From: Acidobacteriota bacterium
GTDB lineage: Bacteria; Acidobacteriota; Terriglobia; Terriglobales; Acidobacteriaceae
Direction: 5' to 3'
NCBI GenBank assembly: GCA_019241535.1
Contig: JAFAWX010000145.1
Location: 1 to 57,731, forward strand
DNA: 57,731 nt
Under the pieces are notes generated by a model that was not told the DNA's origin, made no database searches, and saw nothing but the letters and a program-made list of their open reading frames with translations. The translations under genes were made by a program, and so were the position numbers. Below, piece after piece: positions 37,079 through 45,710 of this stretch (its first letter is position 1; the number at the start of each line of letters is the position of its first letter).

Positions 37079-38053
37079 TTAGCTGGAGCTCCGCACGGTG
37101 CTGCCGCACTTTGCTAATCCCCGCTCGATGGCCGACCCTTCTTCATAATCATTCCAGGTGGCGATCAGCAGGAAAGGAACGGGGTGTTCGGCGGTGTCAT
37201 ACTCGCGGGAAAGCTGCAGGGTTTGCTTGAAGGTCTCGCCACAGCGCTGCGCTATGTGCCGGTTCAGTCCCCAGGATGCTTTGCTGTCGTCAAATCCCGC
37301 CCATGCGCCCCCGACCGTAATCTTGCCGGAATATTGTGTCTCCATTTTGCGATAGAACTCGCGTAAATAGTCATCGCCCCAGTTGCTGCCGTCCGCTGCC
37401 CATCCTTTATTTCCGGGATTAATCCAGGCGTAAAGTCCATCAAAGGCGCCGCCGAACTCCGCTTGCGGGTATTCGGAAATCAGCACCGGCGTGGGATTCC
37501 AGCTGCTGACCTCGGCGTGCACGCGATTCCAGTCCGTGTGGCCGCCCTTGGGGAAGATAAAAATTACCGGATGACCGTTATAAGTCAAATAAGCGGAGCG
37601 CCCGGGTGAATCTGCCTGCAGATAAGTGCGATGGAACTGCTCGAATTCTACGAGCGTCTGCTCGGTCGCGGGTTCGCCATTTTCTCCGGCGCTTTCGTCG
37701 TACATCATCGCCAGCTGGAAGTCCTTTGCCGCCGAGGTCCTTGCGAGAAGCGCATAATTGCGATCGAGCAGCGGCTCGCGGCTGCCGTACCAGTCGGCGA
37801 CAAATCCTGAGATTCCAAGGGTCTTGGCCTGCTCAATTTGCCGCTCGACAACGGCCGGATCACTCGAGGAGTATCCTACGGAAATATGGCTGGGGTGGCC
37901 GAACCAGGGCTCGTAAACGGCCAGCACCCGGGTCTCATCTTTTATTGCGGTAACGTTCTGGCGTAGGATACGGTCCCTGCTCATATGGGCGCAGCCCTGG
38001 AAGAGCAGGAGAAAAGCTATTACGGCAGGGGTTCTGTAGGGATAGGCTTTCAC
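37079..38053 (-). CDS. Exported glycoside-hydrolase-like protein (GH99/GH71-like), catalytic-domain-only paralogue of 30993-32729
   Basis: ISVGYSSSDPAVVERQIEQAKTLGISGFVADWYG and LIATWNDYEEGSAIE; N-terminal lipobox-like FQGC. Confidence 0.5.
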   Translation of the reverse strand: MKAYPYRTPAVIAFLLLFQGCAHMSRDRILRQNVTAIKDETRVLAVYEPWFGHPSHISVGYSSSDPAVVERQIEQAKTLGISGFVADWYGSREPLLDRNYALLARTSAAKDFQLAMMYDESAGENGEPATEQTLVEFEQFHRTYLQADSPGRSAYLTYNGHPVIFIFPKGGHTDWNRVHAEVSSWNPTPVLISEYPQAEFGGAFDGLYAWINPGNKGWAADGSNWGDDYLREFYRKMETQYSGKITVGGAWAGFDDSKASWGLNRHIAQRCGETFKQTLQLSREYDTAEHPVPFLLIATWNDYEEGSAIERGLAKCGSTVRSSS

Positions 38054-38241
38054 CGAACTGAGTTGATTAGAGGCGAGGTGAGTCTCTGGGGTTGTCGGCC
38101 CACCGGGACGGGTGCCTCGGCCAGGGGCGGACGGCGTCGGGGGCAGGCCAGAGGCAGCGTGAACCGGCAGGTCTGCATCAGAGTTTCTGCCGGCCGGCGG
38201 TCAAGATCCCGGTCCCGGAGTTCTTCGCGTTTATCACACCT

Positions 38242-40212
38242 GTGAATAACGATTCTAGTTCAGAAGCCCAAAGCCCACGCGCACGCCTAATCTCGGGAAG
38301 TTTCGTCCTTTTAAGCGGTTCCGGCCTCGTTACCGCCATCAATTTCGCCTACAACGTGGCCATGGCCCACTTCCTCGGTCCGGCCGGCTTCGGCCACGCC
38401 ACCGCCGTTTACACGCTCTTGATTCTGATGTCGGCTGTAACCCTTTCTTTCCAGATTGTCTCGGCGAAGCTGGTCGCCCAGCAGGAATCCATCGAGGCGC
38501 AGGCCGCGGGCTACAAGAAGATCCACGCTTATGCCTGGGTTTGCGGCATTCTGGTCGGATTGCTTCTCGTCCTGTGCCGCAACATAATCCTGAACTACCT
38601 GAATCTGCCCAGCGCGTTGCTGATCGATCTGCTGGCCGTCGGGATTGTCTTTTATGTTCCGTTGGGCAGCCGCCGCGGGTATATCCAGGGAGCCTGCCGC
38701 TTCTCCCATCTCGCCTTCAATATGATCCTCGAAGGTGCGGTGCGCTTGGGGGGCTCTCTAATTCTCATTCTTCTAGGCTATGGCGTGAGCGGAGTGATCG
38801 CCGCCAATGCGGCGGCTGTCGCGGTAGCCTATTTTTTTGCCGATCCGGGAACTCCCGCCGCTCTGCCTCCCGGACTGGAGATCCGGGTCGCCTTTCGCGA
38901 AGCTCTGCAGGCCATAGTCTTTTTTGCCGGCCAGGTGATCATCAACAACTGCGACATCGTCGTGGTCAAGCACTTCTTCGCCCCCCGAACGGCCGGAATC
39001 TATGCCGCTATCGCCCTGGTGGGCCGCGTGATCTTCGCTTCTTCCTGGGCCGTGGTCAGCACGATGTTCCCGGTCGTTGCCGGCACGCGCGGCCGCCGTC
39101 GGGCCGACGAGGGCGTGCTTCCGCTGTCCATGATGTTGGTGTTTTTGATCGGGGCGATCGTTACGGCCGGCCTGCGGCTTGCGCCGGAAGCAATCTGGAC
39201 CACCGTGTTTGGTTCTCAGTTCATTACTGGTGGCGGATACAGTCTTTCCCATCTGCTGTCGCTGTATGCTGCGGCTACTTCCCTATATTCGTTCAGCGTC
39301 GTTTTCATTGCCTACGAAATGTCGTATAAAATTGCAAATACCGGTTGGGTGCAGCTGGCGTTCGGGGCAGTTCTGATCGCCGGTATTTACCGCTTTCATT
39401 CGTCTCTTCAACAGGTCATCGTCGTGCAAATAGTCATGATGTCAATACTTCTTTTGGCTGTGGCGGCGCCCTTCCTGCGCAAGTTCCGGCGGGCGTCCGG
39501 GGAAGGACAGTTGTTCCAAATGGAAGGGATCCGCCGCCTGCGAAGGGTCACGGAAAATGAAGTCATCGCGGAGTTCCTCAGGAACGACTTTCAAAACCCT
39601 GAATTCCGGAACTATCATCAGCTGCTGCGGGATGAGGTGATGTCGCCCGACGTAACCAGCCCGCTGCAGAATGCCAAGCGCCGGGCCCTGTTCTTCATCC
39701 GTCACGGCTCGCTGTGGCGGGAGTTGCCAGAAGGAACGGAGTGGCACGAAGTGGAGATTCGGCCAGCCGATCTCGAGCGCGTGCGGGTTTTCCCCCGGGC
39801 GCAATGGCGCAAGCTGGCACGCGGCAATTTCGCCGTTCCAGAAGTGGCGCGCTGTCTTGCCCACGGAGACGGGCGCCGAGTAGCAGAGGAGAAATTCATC
39901 GCCAAGATCGACACTCTCCAGCAGGAGATGGAGAAGGGAACGGTGGTCGGCGACGCCGTCCTGCTGATCGGGGTAGATGAGTACGGCCCGCTTACCGTGC
40001 TCGACGGAAATCACCGTCTGATCGCGGCCGTTTTAAGCTCAACTGAAACCATGGCAACCCTGCGTTTCTTCTGCGGGCTGTCTCCGAAGATGACGCAGTG
40101 CTGCTGGTATAAAACCAACCTGGCGACTCTCATTCGCTACGGCAGCAACCGTGTGCGCCACGCTATCCACGATCCCGAAGCGGAGCTTACGCAGCTACTC
40201 CAGAGTTCTTAA
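38242..40212 (+). CDS. MOP-superfamily polysaccharide flippase (Wzx/polysaccharide biosynthesis protein) fused to a ~230-aa C-terminal soluble domain with a ParB/Srx-like DGNHR motif
   Basis: LISGSFVLLSGSGLVTAINFAYNVAMAHFLGPAGFG plus about 12-14 TM helices. C-terminal ...GPLTVLDGNHRLIAAVL. The start (GTG at 38242) is uncertain. Confidence 0.65.
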   Translation: MNNDSSSEAQSPRARLISGSFVLLSGSGLVTAINFAYNVAMAHFLGPAGFGHATAVYTLLILMSAVTLSFQIVSAKLVAQQESIEAQAAGYKKIHAYAWVCGILVGLLLVLCRNIILNYLNLPSALLIDLLAVGIVFYVPLGSRRGYIQGACRFSHLAFNMILEGAVRLGGSLILILLGYGVSGVIAANAAAVAVAYFFADPGTPAALPPGLEIRVAFREALQAIVFFAGQVIINNCDIVVVKHFFAPRTAGIYAAIALVGRVIFASSWAVVSTMFPVVAGTRGRRRADEGVLPLSMMLVFLIGAIVTAGLRLAPEAIWTTVFGSQFITGGGYSLSHLLSLYAAATSLYSFSVVFIAYEMSYKIANTGWVQLAFGAVLIAGIYRFHSSLQQVIVVQIVMMSILLLAVAAPFLRKFRRASGEGQLFQMEGIRRLRRVTENEVIAEFLRNDFQNPEFRNYHQLLRDEVMSPDVTSPLQNAKRRALFFIRHGSLWRELPEGTEWHEVEIRPADLERVRVFPRAQWRKLARGNFAVPEVARCLAHGDGRRVAEEKFIAKIDTLQQEMEKGTVVGDAVLLIGVDEYGPLTVLDGNHRLIAAVLSSTETMATLRFFCGLSPKMTQCCWYKTNLATLIRYGSNRVRHAIHDPEAELTQLLQSS

Positions 40213-40298
40213 GGGAAGTCGGCGTACTCAGCAGAAAAACGGCTGGCTCGAGCACTGATGCTGTGTGCCCGAGCCTTATCTGAGGATGGGGATAGAGG

Positions 40299-41030
40299 TT
40301 AAGCTGCGCTGCCGAAGAGCTCGGAGGCGGCGGCCATGCCGGGCGCGCAGCGGGCGGCAATTTCCGAGCGCCACGAACGCGCGTTGGCCTTGGCATTCCT
40401 CCGCAGTCGAAGGTAAGCCTGAGGACGAAGGGCGGCGGCTTCCGCCTGGCTGTTCTCTCTTCCCAGTAATTCCCGGATACGCAGTTTGGCTTTATGCAGC
40501 TGCGACTTCGAATTTCCCACCGAGCAATCGAGCAGTTCGGCGATTTCCTGATGCTCGTATCCTTCGACTTCGTGCAGCAGGAATATCGTCCGATAGCCGT
40601 CGGGAAGTTCGCGGATCGCGCGCGCCAGGGCAATGCGGTCCACCGAACCCGCAAGCCGGTCGTCGCGGCTGCCGTACTCCCGGCGCACCGTTTTGGCGTC
40701 CTGATTGTAAGGCTCGTCAAGAGAGATCTGCCGCAGCGCTTTCTTGCGAAAGTGCATCAGGACCGTATTCACCGCGATTCGATAGAGCCACGTGGACAAT
40801 GCCGAGTCACCGCGGAATGTCGCGAGCTTACGGAAAACTTGCAGGAATGCATCCTGAGTCAGGTCTTCTGCTTCTGCGGTATTGTTGGTCATGCGCAGGC
40901 AAACCGAATAAATCCGGGCTTTGTGCTGGTGGAATAAAGAAGCGAACGCATCTGCATCCCCCTGCTGCGCTCGCCTTACTAGATCAAGATCGGAATCAAA
41001 CCGTACGGTGGGAACGGTGTCGGTGGTCAC
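40299..41030 (-). CDS. ECF-type RNA polymerase sigma-70 factor with ~55-aa C-terminal extension
   Basis: DLTQDAFLQVFRKL, WLYRIAVNTVLMHFRKK (region 2), GYRTIFLLHEVEGYEHQEIAELLDCSVGNSKSQLHKAKLRIRELL (region 4). Confidence 0.85.
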   Translation of the reverse strand: MTTDTVPTVRFDSDLDLVRRAQQGDADAFASLFHQHKARIYSVCLRMTNNTAEAEDLTQDAFLQVFRKLATFRGDSALSTWLYRIAVNTVLMHFRKKALRQISLDEPYNQDAKTVRREYGSRDDRLAGSVDRIALARAIRELPDGYRTIFLLHEVEGYEHQEIAELLDCSVGNSKSQLHKAKLRIRELLGRENSQAEAAALRPQAYLRLRRNAKANARSWRSEIAARCAPGMAAASELFGSAA

Positions 41031-41890
41031 TAGGCTCTCCTTTCAAAGGTGCGGGTCAGTAGGACATCCAACGAAATGGTTCTTGGTGCGATCACATGTT
41101 GAGCGTAGATTCATTGTCAGAAATGGTCTATCCGGTGAGGTCTGTATGCACCAAGAGACTTTGCTGTACCGTGTTGATGCGCAAAGACCTAGGGGCAAAA
41201 GGGAGATTGCGCACAATGCATAATCTTGCAGTTCAGCTCCTCTAGAGATCAGATCGCTGAAAACCACGACATCTCAGGTTTTTCCCGATGTCCTTCTGTG
41301 TCATGTCCTTCTGAGTCCCCTGGTGGGCCCGTGCGGCGGCCTCGAGTACCATTTTTTGGCTTCGCTGCTCTGTTTATTTTTATGGGGTACATAATTTTTA
41401 TTTATGGGCGCAAGCACCAGGCGGTCGCCCGAGGCGGGGCCGCCATGGAAAGTCCGGGCCGGCTCTGTCGTCCGCACCTAGGAGACAAACAGCAGACACT
41501 GTCGTAACCGAGCGCGGAGTGGCGCTGCACACGTGCAAATCTTTGCACACCTTTCTACCCTTTGTTTTCCGGCGACCGAGCTCAGGGCGGGGAATTTTTC
41601 CGCTACAGAAATTCCGCAGAGAAAGTACAGACTCAGCAGGATTGTTCATCTCCGGCCGACGACCTACTCTCTGCGTCATGCAAGGTTGCCCTCAATTTTC
41701 CCTCCTCTCGAGCAGGGGCCGGCAGCCGTAGGGCGCCGGCACCTGCTTCTCGCCTCTCGCCTGTTCTGGATTCCTGGCAACAGCTGGACAGGATGCACTC
41801 GCGTAATTGAGCTTTCGAAACTGATGCGTGTGCCGCTTCGGCGTGGCATCCAAAGGGGGGAAATTCCAACCCAACTTTTGGGAGGCAGTC

Positions 41891-42466
41891 GTGACAATCA
41901 ATTCGTTACAGGACCTGTACCTCGAACAGCTGCGAGACCTATACGACGCAGAAAACCAGCTCATCAAAGCGCTACCCAAGATGGCCCAGGCAGCGGCTTC
42001 TGAAGAGCTACGCACCGGAATAGAGGAACATCTGGAGCAGACCAAGGAACACGCCGAACGCCTGGAAAAAATCTTCGAGCGCCTGGAGCAGAAGGCCAAG
42101 GGCGAGAAGTGTAAGGGCATGGAGGGCCTGTTAAAGGAAGGAAGCGACATTTTGCAGGAGGATATGCCCGAGACCACCAAGGACGCCGCCATCATTGCAG
42201 CCGCGCAGAAGGTGGAGCACTATGAAATCGCCTCTTACGGGACCGCTCGGACCTACGCCGAACTATTGGGAAATAACGAGGCCGCCGAGCTGCTGGAGCA
42301 GACGCTCGAGGAGGAGAAGGAGACCGACCAGAAACTGACCGGCCTGGCGGAAAACATCAACGTCGAAGCCAGCGAAGAAGGAGAAGGGCAAGAACCAGGT
42401 GAAGGCCAACGGCGAACGGAAACGGCCAAGCCACGCGCGGGCAGCCGCAAACGACCCGCTGCCTAA
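41891..42466 (+). CDS. DUF892 (YciE/YciF-like) ferritin-like stress protein
   Basis: INSLQDLYLEQLRDLYDAENQLIKALPKMA. GGAGG Shine-Dalgarno 5 nt before the GTG at 41891. Acidic/basic C-terminal tail. Confidence 0.8.
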   Translation: MTINSLQDLYLEQLRDLYDAENQLIKALPKMAQAAASEELRTGIEEHLEQTKEHAERLEKIFERLEQKAKGEKCKGMEGLLKEGSDILQEDMPETTKDAAIIAAAQKVEHYEIASYGTARTYAELLGNNEAAELLEQTLEEEKETDQKLTGLAENINVEASEEGEGQEPGEGQRRTETAKPRAGSRKRPAA

Positions 42467-42492
42467 ATCAAGTTTGACGGCGAAATTTCGCA

Positions 42493-42529
42493 CCGGCAGT
42501 TGCCAGCGGCAATTGCCGGTTTTCTATTT
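42493..42529 (+). terminator. Rho-independent terminator after the DUF892 gene (between convergent genes)
   Basis: 12-bp stem CCGGCAGTTGCC/GGCAATTGCCGG (one G-U pair) with 3-nt loop, followed by TTTTCTATTT. Confidence 0.7.
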
Positions 42530-43208
42530 ACTCAATGCCGGCCTGCACCACGTGCACGATGTTGTTGCGAACCGCGTAGAGCACCAGATCGCTGACCGAA
42601 TGCAGTTGCAGCTTGCGCATAATGTTGGAACGGTGGGTCTCGGCCGTTTTTACGCTGAGTCCGAGCGCCACGGCCACTTCCTTCGTGCTCTTTCCCTCGG
42701 CCAGCAACTGCACGATCTCGCGTTCACGGGGGGTGAGGCGATTACGCCCGGAAGCAAGAGCGGCGCCAGGCGTTCCGCCCTTCAGGTAGCCCTCGAGCAC
42801 CATGGCGGCAACCTTCGAAGTGAAATAGGTTTTGTCATGCCGCAGGGCTTCTACCGCCGCAACCAGGTCGCGGGCGGCGTCGGACTTCAACAGGAAACCG
42901 CGAGCTCCGGCATTCAGCACTTCCCGCACCACCTGATCAGAATCGTGCAACGTGAGAATTAACACTCGCGCCTGCGGGTTGGCCTTAAGAATCTGGCGAG
43001 TTGCTTCCAGTCCGTTCAGGCTCGGCATTCCGATGTCGAGAATCACCACGTCTGGTTTAAGCTGCAAAGCCTTTTCCACTGCCTCGCGACCGTCGCCGGC
43101 CTCGCCGCACACTTGCCAATCTGGCTGCGCCTGCAGCAAAGAAACCAGGCCCTTGCGGACCACTTCATGGTCGTCGGCAACCAGAATACGAAACGTCCCC
43201 ATAATCAC
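42528..43208 (-). CDS. Two-component response regulator, NarL/FixJ family (REC + LuxR HTH)
   Basis: ILVADDHEVVRKGL, DVVILDIGMPSLNG, LTPREREIVQLLAEGKSTKEVAVALGLSVKTAETHRSNIMRKL. No adjacent histidine kinase. Confidence 0.85.
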   Translation of the reverse strand: MIMGTFRILVADDHEVVRKGLVSLLQAQPDWQVCGEAGDGREAVEKALQLKPDVVILDIGMPSLNGLEATRQILKANPQARVLILTLHDSDQVVREVLNAGARGFLLKSDAARDLVAAVEALRHDKTYFTSKVAAMVLEGYLKGGTPGAALASGRNRLTPREREIVQLLAEGKSTKEVAVALGLSVKTAETHRSNIMRKLQLHSVSDLVLYAVRNNIVHVVQAGIE

Positions 43209-43700
43209 CTCCCGGTACCCGGATCAATCGATCCCCAAAAAGGTACTAAGTCATGCATTTGCACACTCCATGCCAAAGTGAAACCCAAGTAACTCAACCG
43301 ATCGGCTGCGTATGGGCCCCGGTTATGAGTGTAAATCTTGCAATTCTGGCGCCTGCTACAAGCCCGCTGCCGCTCCGACCGATGGTGCTCAAAGACAGAG
43401 ATGCACACGGCGTTCGTTCCTTTTTGATCAAACAAGGCGGAAGTTCCGTCACCTGTGGCAACTGAACTGAGTTTGATTGAAACGACCTTGCCAATTGTCG
43501 TTGATACTCCCCGCCAGCATTAAAGCGGAACCACTCTACAAGGTAAGTTCTTGACGCTCCATACAGTTCCGACTGTATTTTCCTGTGGTTACCCAAAGCA
43601 AGCGCCAAGGAGCGCCATGATGCTAGGCCGGCACTGGCAATTCGGACGCCGGTAAAAGCAAAATCCATGGACCCGCCGTCATCTGAGGTAATAACGCGCA

Positions 43701-44363
43701 ATGCAGGAAGCAAAGGAAAAGTTCGTCACCGCGGCCGCATTTCTCCCACGCCGGCAAACCCTTGATAGCCTCGGCAAGGCGGCTGCCGGCTGCAAAGGCT
43801 GCGATCTGTGGGTGAAGGCCACCCGGACGGTTTTTGGTGAGGGAGCTCAAAGGGCCGTGGTCATGCTGGTGGGCGAACAGCCGGGAGACAAAGAGGACCT
43901 CGCAGGCCATCCTTTTGTCGGCCCGGCAGGGAAGATTCTGGATGAGTCCCTGGCGGCGGCTGGACTTGAGAAAAGCCAGGTTTATATGACTAACGTGGTC
44001 AAACATTTCAACTGGATGCCGGACGAGCGGGGCAAGCGGCGCATCCACAAGAAACCTCGCTACTCGGAAATTCAAGCCTGCCGCCCGTGGCTGGACGCCG
44101 AAATCTCGGTTACTCGTCCGCGCATTATCGTCTGCCTGGGAGCGACTGCCGCCCAGGCGCTCATAGGCAGAAATTTCAGAGTGACCCGGCGGCGGGGGGA
44201 ATTCGTGGCCTCTGATCTTGCGCCGTATGTCATGGCCACCGTGCATCCGTCGTCGATTTTGCGGGCCCCTGACGACCAGTCCCGGCGGGAGCAGAAGCAA
44301 GCCTTCATCAGAGACCTCGAACGGGTCGCCCGCGAGCTTCGCAAGCACCCGAGCGCTGCCTGA
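43701..44363 (+). CDS. Uracil-DNA glycosylase superfamily protein, UdgX-like (family-4-related, KRRIH loop)
   Basis: Motif A is GEQPG. The KRRIH loop is encoded at 44034-44048. Motif B is HPSSILR. Four Cys (CKGC, ACRPW, VCLG) are consistent with a 4Fe-4S cluster. Confidence 0.75.
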   Translation: MQEAKEKFVTAAAFLPRRQTLDSLGKAAAGCKGCDLWVKATRTVFGEGAQRAVVMLVGEQPGDKEDLAGHPFVGPAGKILDESLAAAGLEKSQVYMTNVVKHFNWMPDERGKRRIHKKPRYSEIQACRPWLDAEISVTRPRIIVCLGATAAQALIGRNFRVTRRRGEFVASDLAPYVMATVHPSSILRAPDDQSRREQKQAFIRDLERVARELRKHPSAA

Positions 44364-44621
44364 TATCGGCATGGGTTTCTTTTACAGTTGTTATTCATAG
44401 CTCTTAGCCGGGTTACAGTCTTTTCGATAAAGCCGTACCCCGCAGTTCCGATAGTTCCAGCCCTGCTATAGAGCTAGTGTCTTAAGAATCTCCGGGACTA
44501 GCTGCAGAAACCCATTTTCCTCCCGGCCGGAGCGCAAATCGGCCCAGCCGCGGACAAATATTTTCCGCCGGAGCCTCCGGCAAACCCCGTCGAGCGCGGC
44601 CGACGAGAAAGTAGAGAAGTC

Positions 44622-45710
44622 ATGGCGAGTCTTCAGAGGACGGTGGCTCGCAGGCTGCTTTTAAGCGGCGCCATCGTCGGGGGCACGGGCCTCGCCCTAG
44701 GTGGGGGAACTGCTCTTGCTCTCGGATTGACCTATTGGGGTATACGGCAAAGCCGGCGTTACCGGCTTTCGGGCCGTGTAGTTTTGATTACCGGCGGTTC
44801 GCGAGGGCTGGGATTCGCGCTCGCCCGCCAGTTTCTCCGTCGCCGGGCAACGGTCGCTCTGCTGGCCCGCGACCCGGAGGCACTCGAGCGCGCCCGCCAG
44901 TTGCTTGCCGGCCAAGGCACGGTTTTTGTCCGCTGTTGCGACCTGCGGGAGGAAAGCAAGGTTCAGGAGGCGATCGCCGATGTGCGCCGCCAATTAGGCG
45001 AGATCGACGTCCTTGTCAATAATGCCGGAACCCTTACCGTCGGTCCCATGGAAACCATGTCTGCGGACGAATATCGCGAGGCCCTGAGTATCTTCTTATG
45101 GGCTCCTTTGTATGCCACCCTGGCCGTGCTCCCGGCCATGCGGCAACGCCGCCAGGGCAGGATCGTTAACATTTCTTCCATCGGCGGCAAAATCGCAGTC
45201 CCGCATCTGCTGCCGTACAGCACCGGCAAATTCGCGCTTTCCGGCTGGTCCGAGGGCTTGCACGCGGAGGTTGCGAAAGACAACGTCAAAGTGACCACCG
45301 TGTATCCCGGACTGATGCGCACCGGCAGCCCGCGAAATGCGGACTTCAAAGGCAAGCATCGCGCCGAGTACACCTGGTTCCTTCTGAGCGATTCAATACC
45401 CGGGCTGTCGATTAACGCGGACCGCGCTGCCCGCCAAATCGTTCGTGCCTGTGAATTCGGCAAATCCGAGCTTATCGTCTCCCTCCCCGCAAAACTGGCC
45501 ATCAAAGCTCACAACCTATTCCCCAGTCTTTCCGCCGCCGCGCTCGAGTTTGCCAACCGCCTACTGCCCGATTCGGAAGGGGCCGATGGAACGAAAAGAA
45601 AGGGTGCGCAGAGCACCACGCCGCTTACCGAGTCCTGGCTCACCACACTCGATCAAGAAGCTGCTAGAAAAAATAACCAGATCCGAAACCCAACAGCGGT
45701 GACTTTATGA
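44622..45710 (+). CDS. Short-chain dehydrogenase/reductase (SDR) with N-terminal membrane anchor
   Basis: ITGGSRGLGFALA (TGxxxGxG), NNAG, YSTGKFAL (YxxxK); N-terminal hydrophobic LLLSGAIVGGTGLALGGGTALALGL. Confidence 0.8.
   Translation: MASLQRTVARRLLLSGAIVGGTGLALGGGTALALGLTYWGIRQSRRYRLSGRVVLITGGSRGLGFALARQFLRRRATVALLARDPEALERARQLLAGQGTVFVRCCDLREESKVQEAIADVRRQLGEIDVLVNNAGTLTVGPMETMSADEYREALSIFLWAPLYATLAVLPAMRQRRQGRIVNISSIGGKIAVPHLLPYSTGKFALSGWSEGLHAEVAKDNVKVTTVYPGLMRTGSPRNADFKGKHRAEYTWFLLSDSIPGLSINADRAARQIVRACEFGKSELIVSLPAKLAIKAHNLFPSLSAAALEFANRLLPDSEGADGTKRKGAQSTTPLTESWLTTLDQEAARKNNQIRNPTAVTL

Noticed and set aside
38541-41062. Alternative-frame and antisense ORFs (262 aa, 159 aa, 190 aa, 265 aa, 177 aa) across the flippase and ECF sigma genes.
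   Set aside because: They overlap genes with clear family signatures. They are Arg/Pro/Gly-rich with no hydrophobic core pattern.
41405-41830. Calling this segment rnpB (RNase P RNA), on the basis of the exact GGAAAGTCCGGGC match and a P3-like hairpin.
   Set aside because: The complementary P4 strand (CCGGCTT), CR-II/III (GGTAAGAGC-type) and CR-IV (TAGATGAAT-type) blocks are absent. It is therefore reported only as a candidate structured region, not as an RNA gene.
41226-42003. ORFs of 93 aa, 70 aa, 156 aa and others within the sigma/DUF892 spacer.
   Set aside because: They are mutually overlapping in several frames. The hydrophobic stretch in the 93-aa ORF derives from an AT-rich promoter-like block. 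There is no Shine-Dalgarno or family motif.
43294-43713. 139-aa minus-strand ORF in the 490-nt gap upstream of the NarL-type regulator, considered as a possible small partner protein.
   Set aside because: It has no recognisable motif, many A/T-ending codons compared with neighbouring genes, and no Shine-Dalgarno, and it overlaps the UdgX start. It is left uncalled; Ribo-seq could revisit it.
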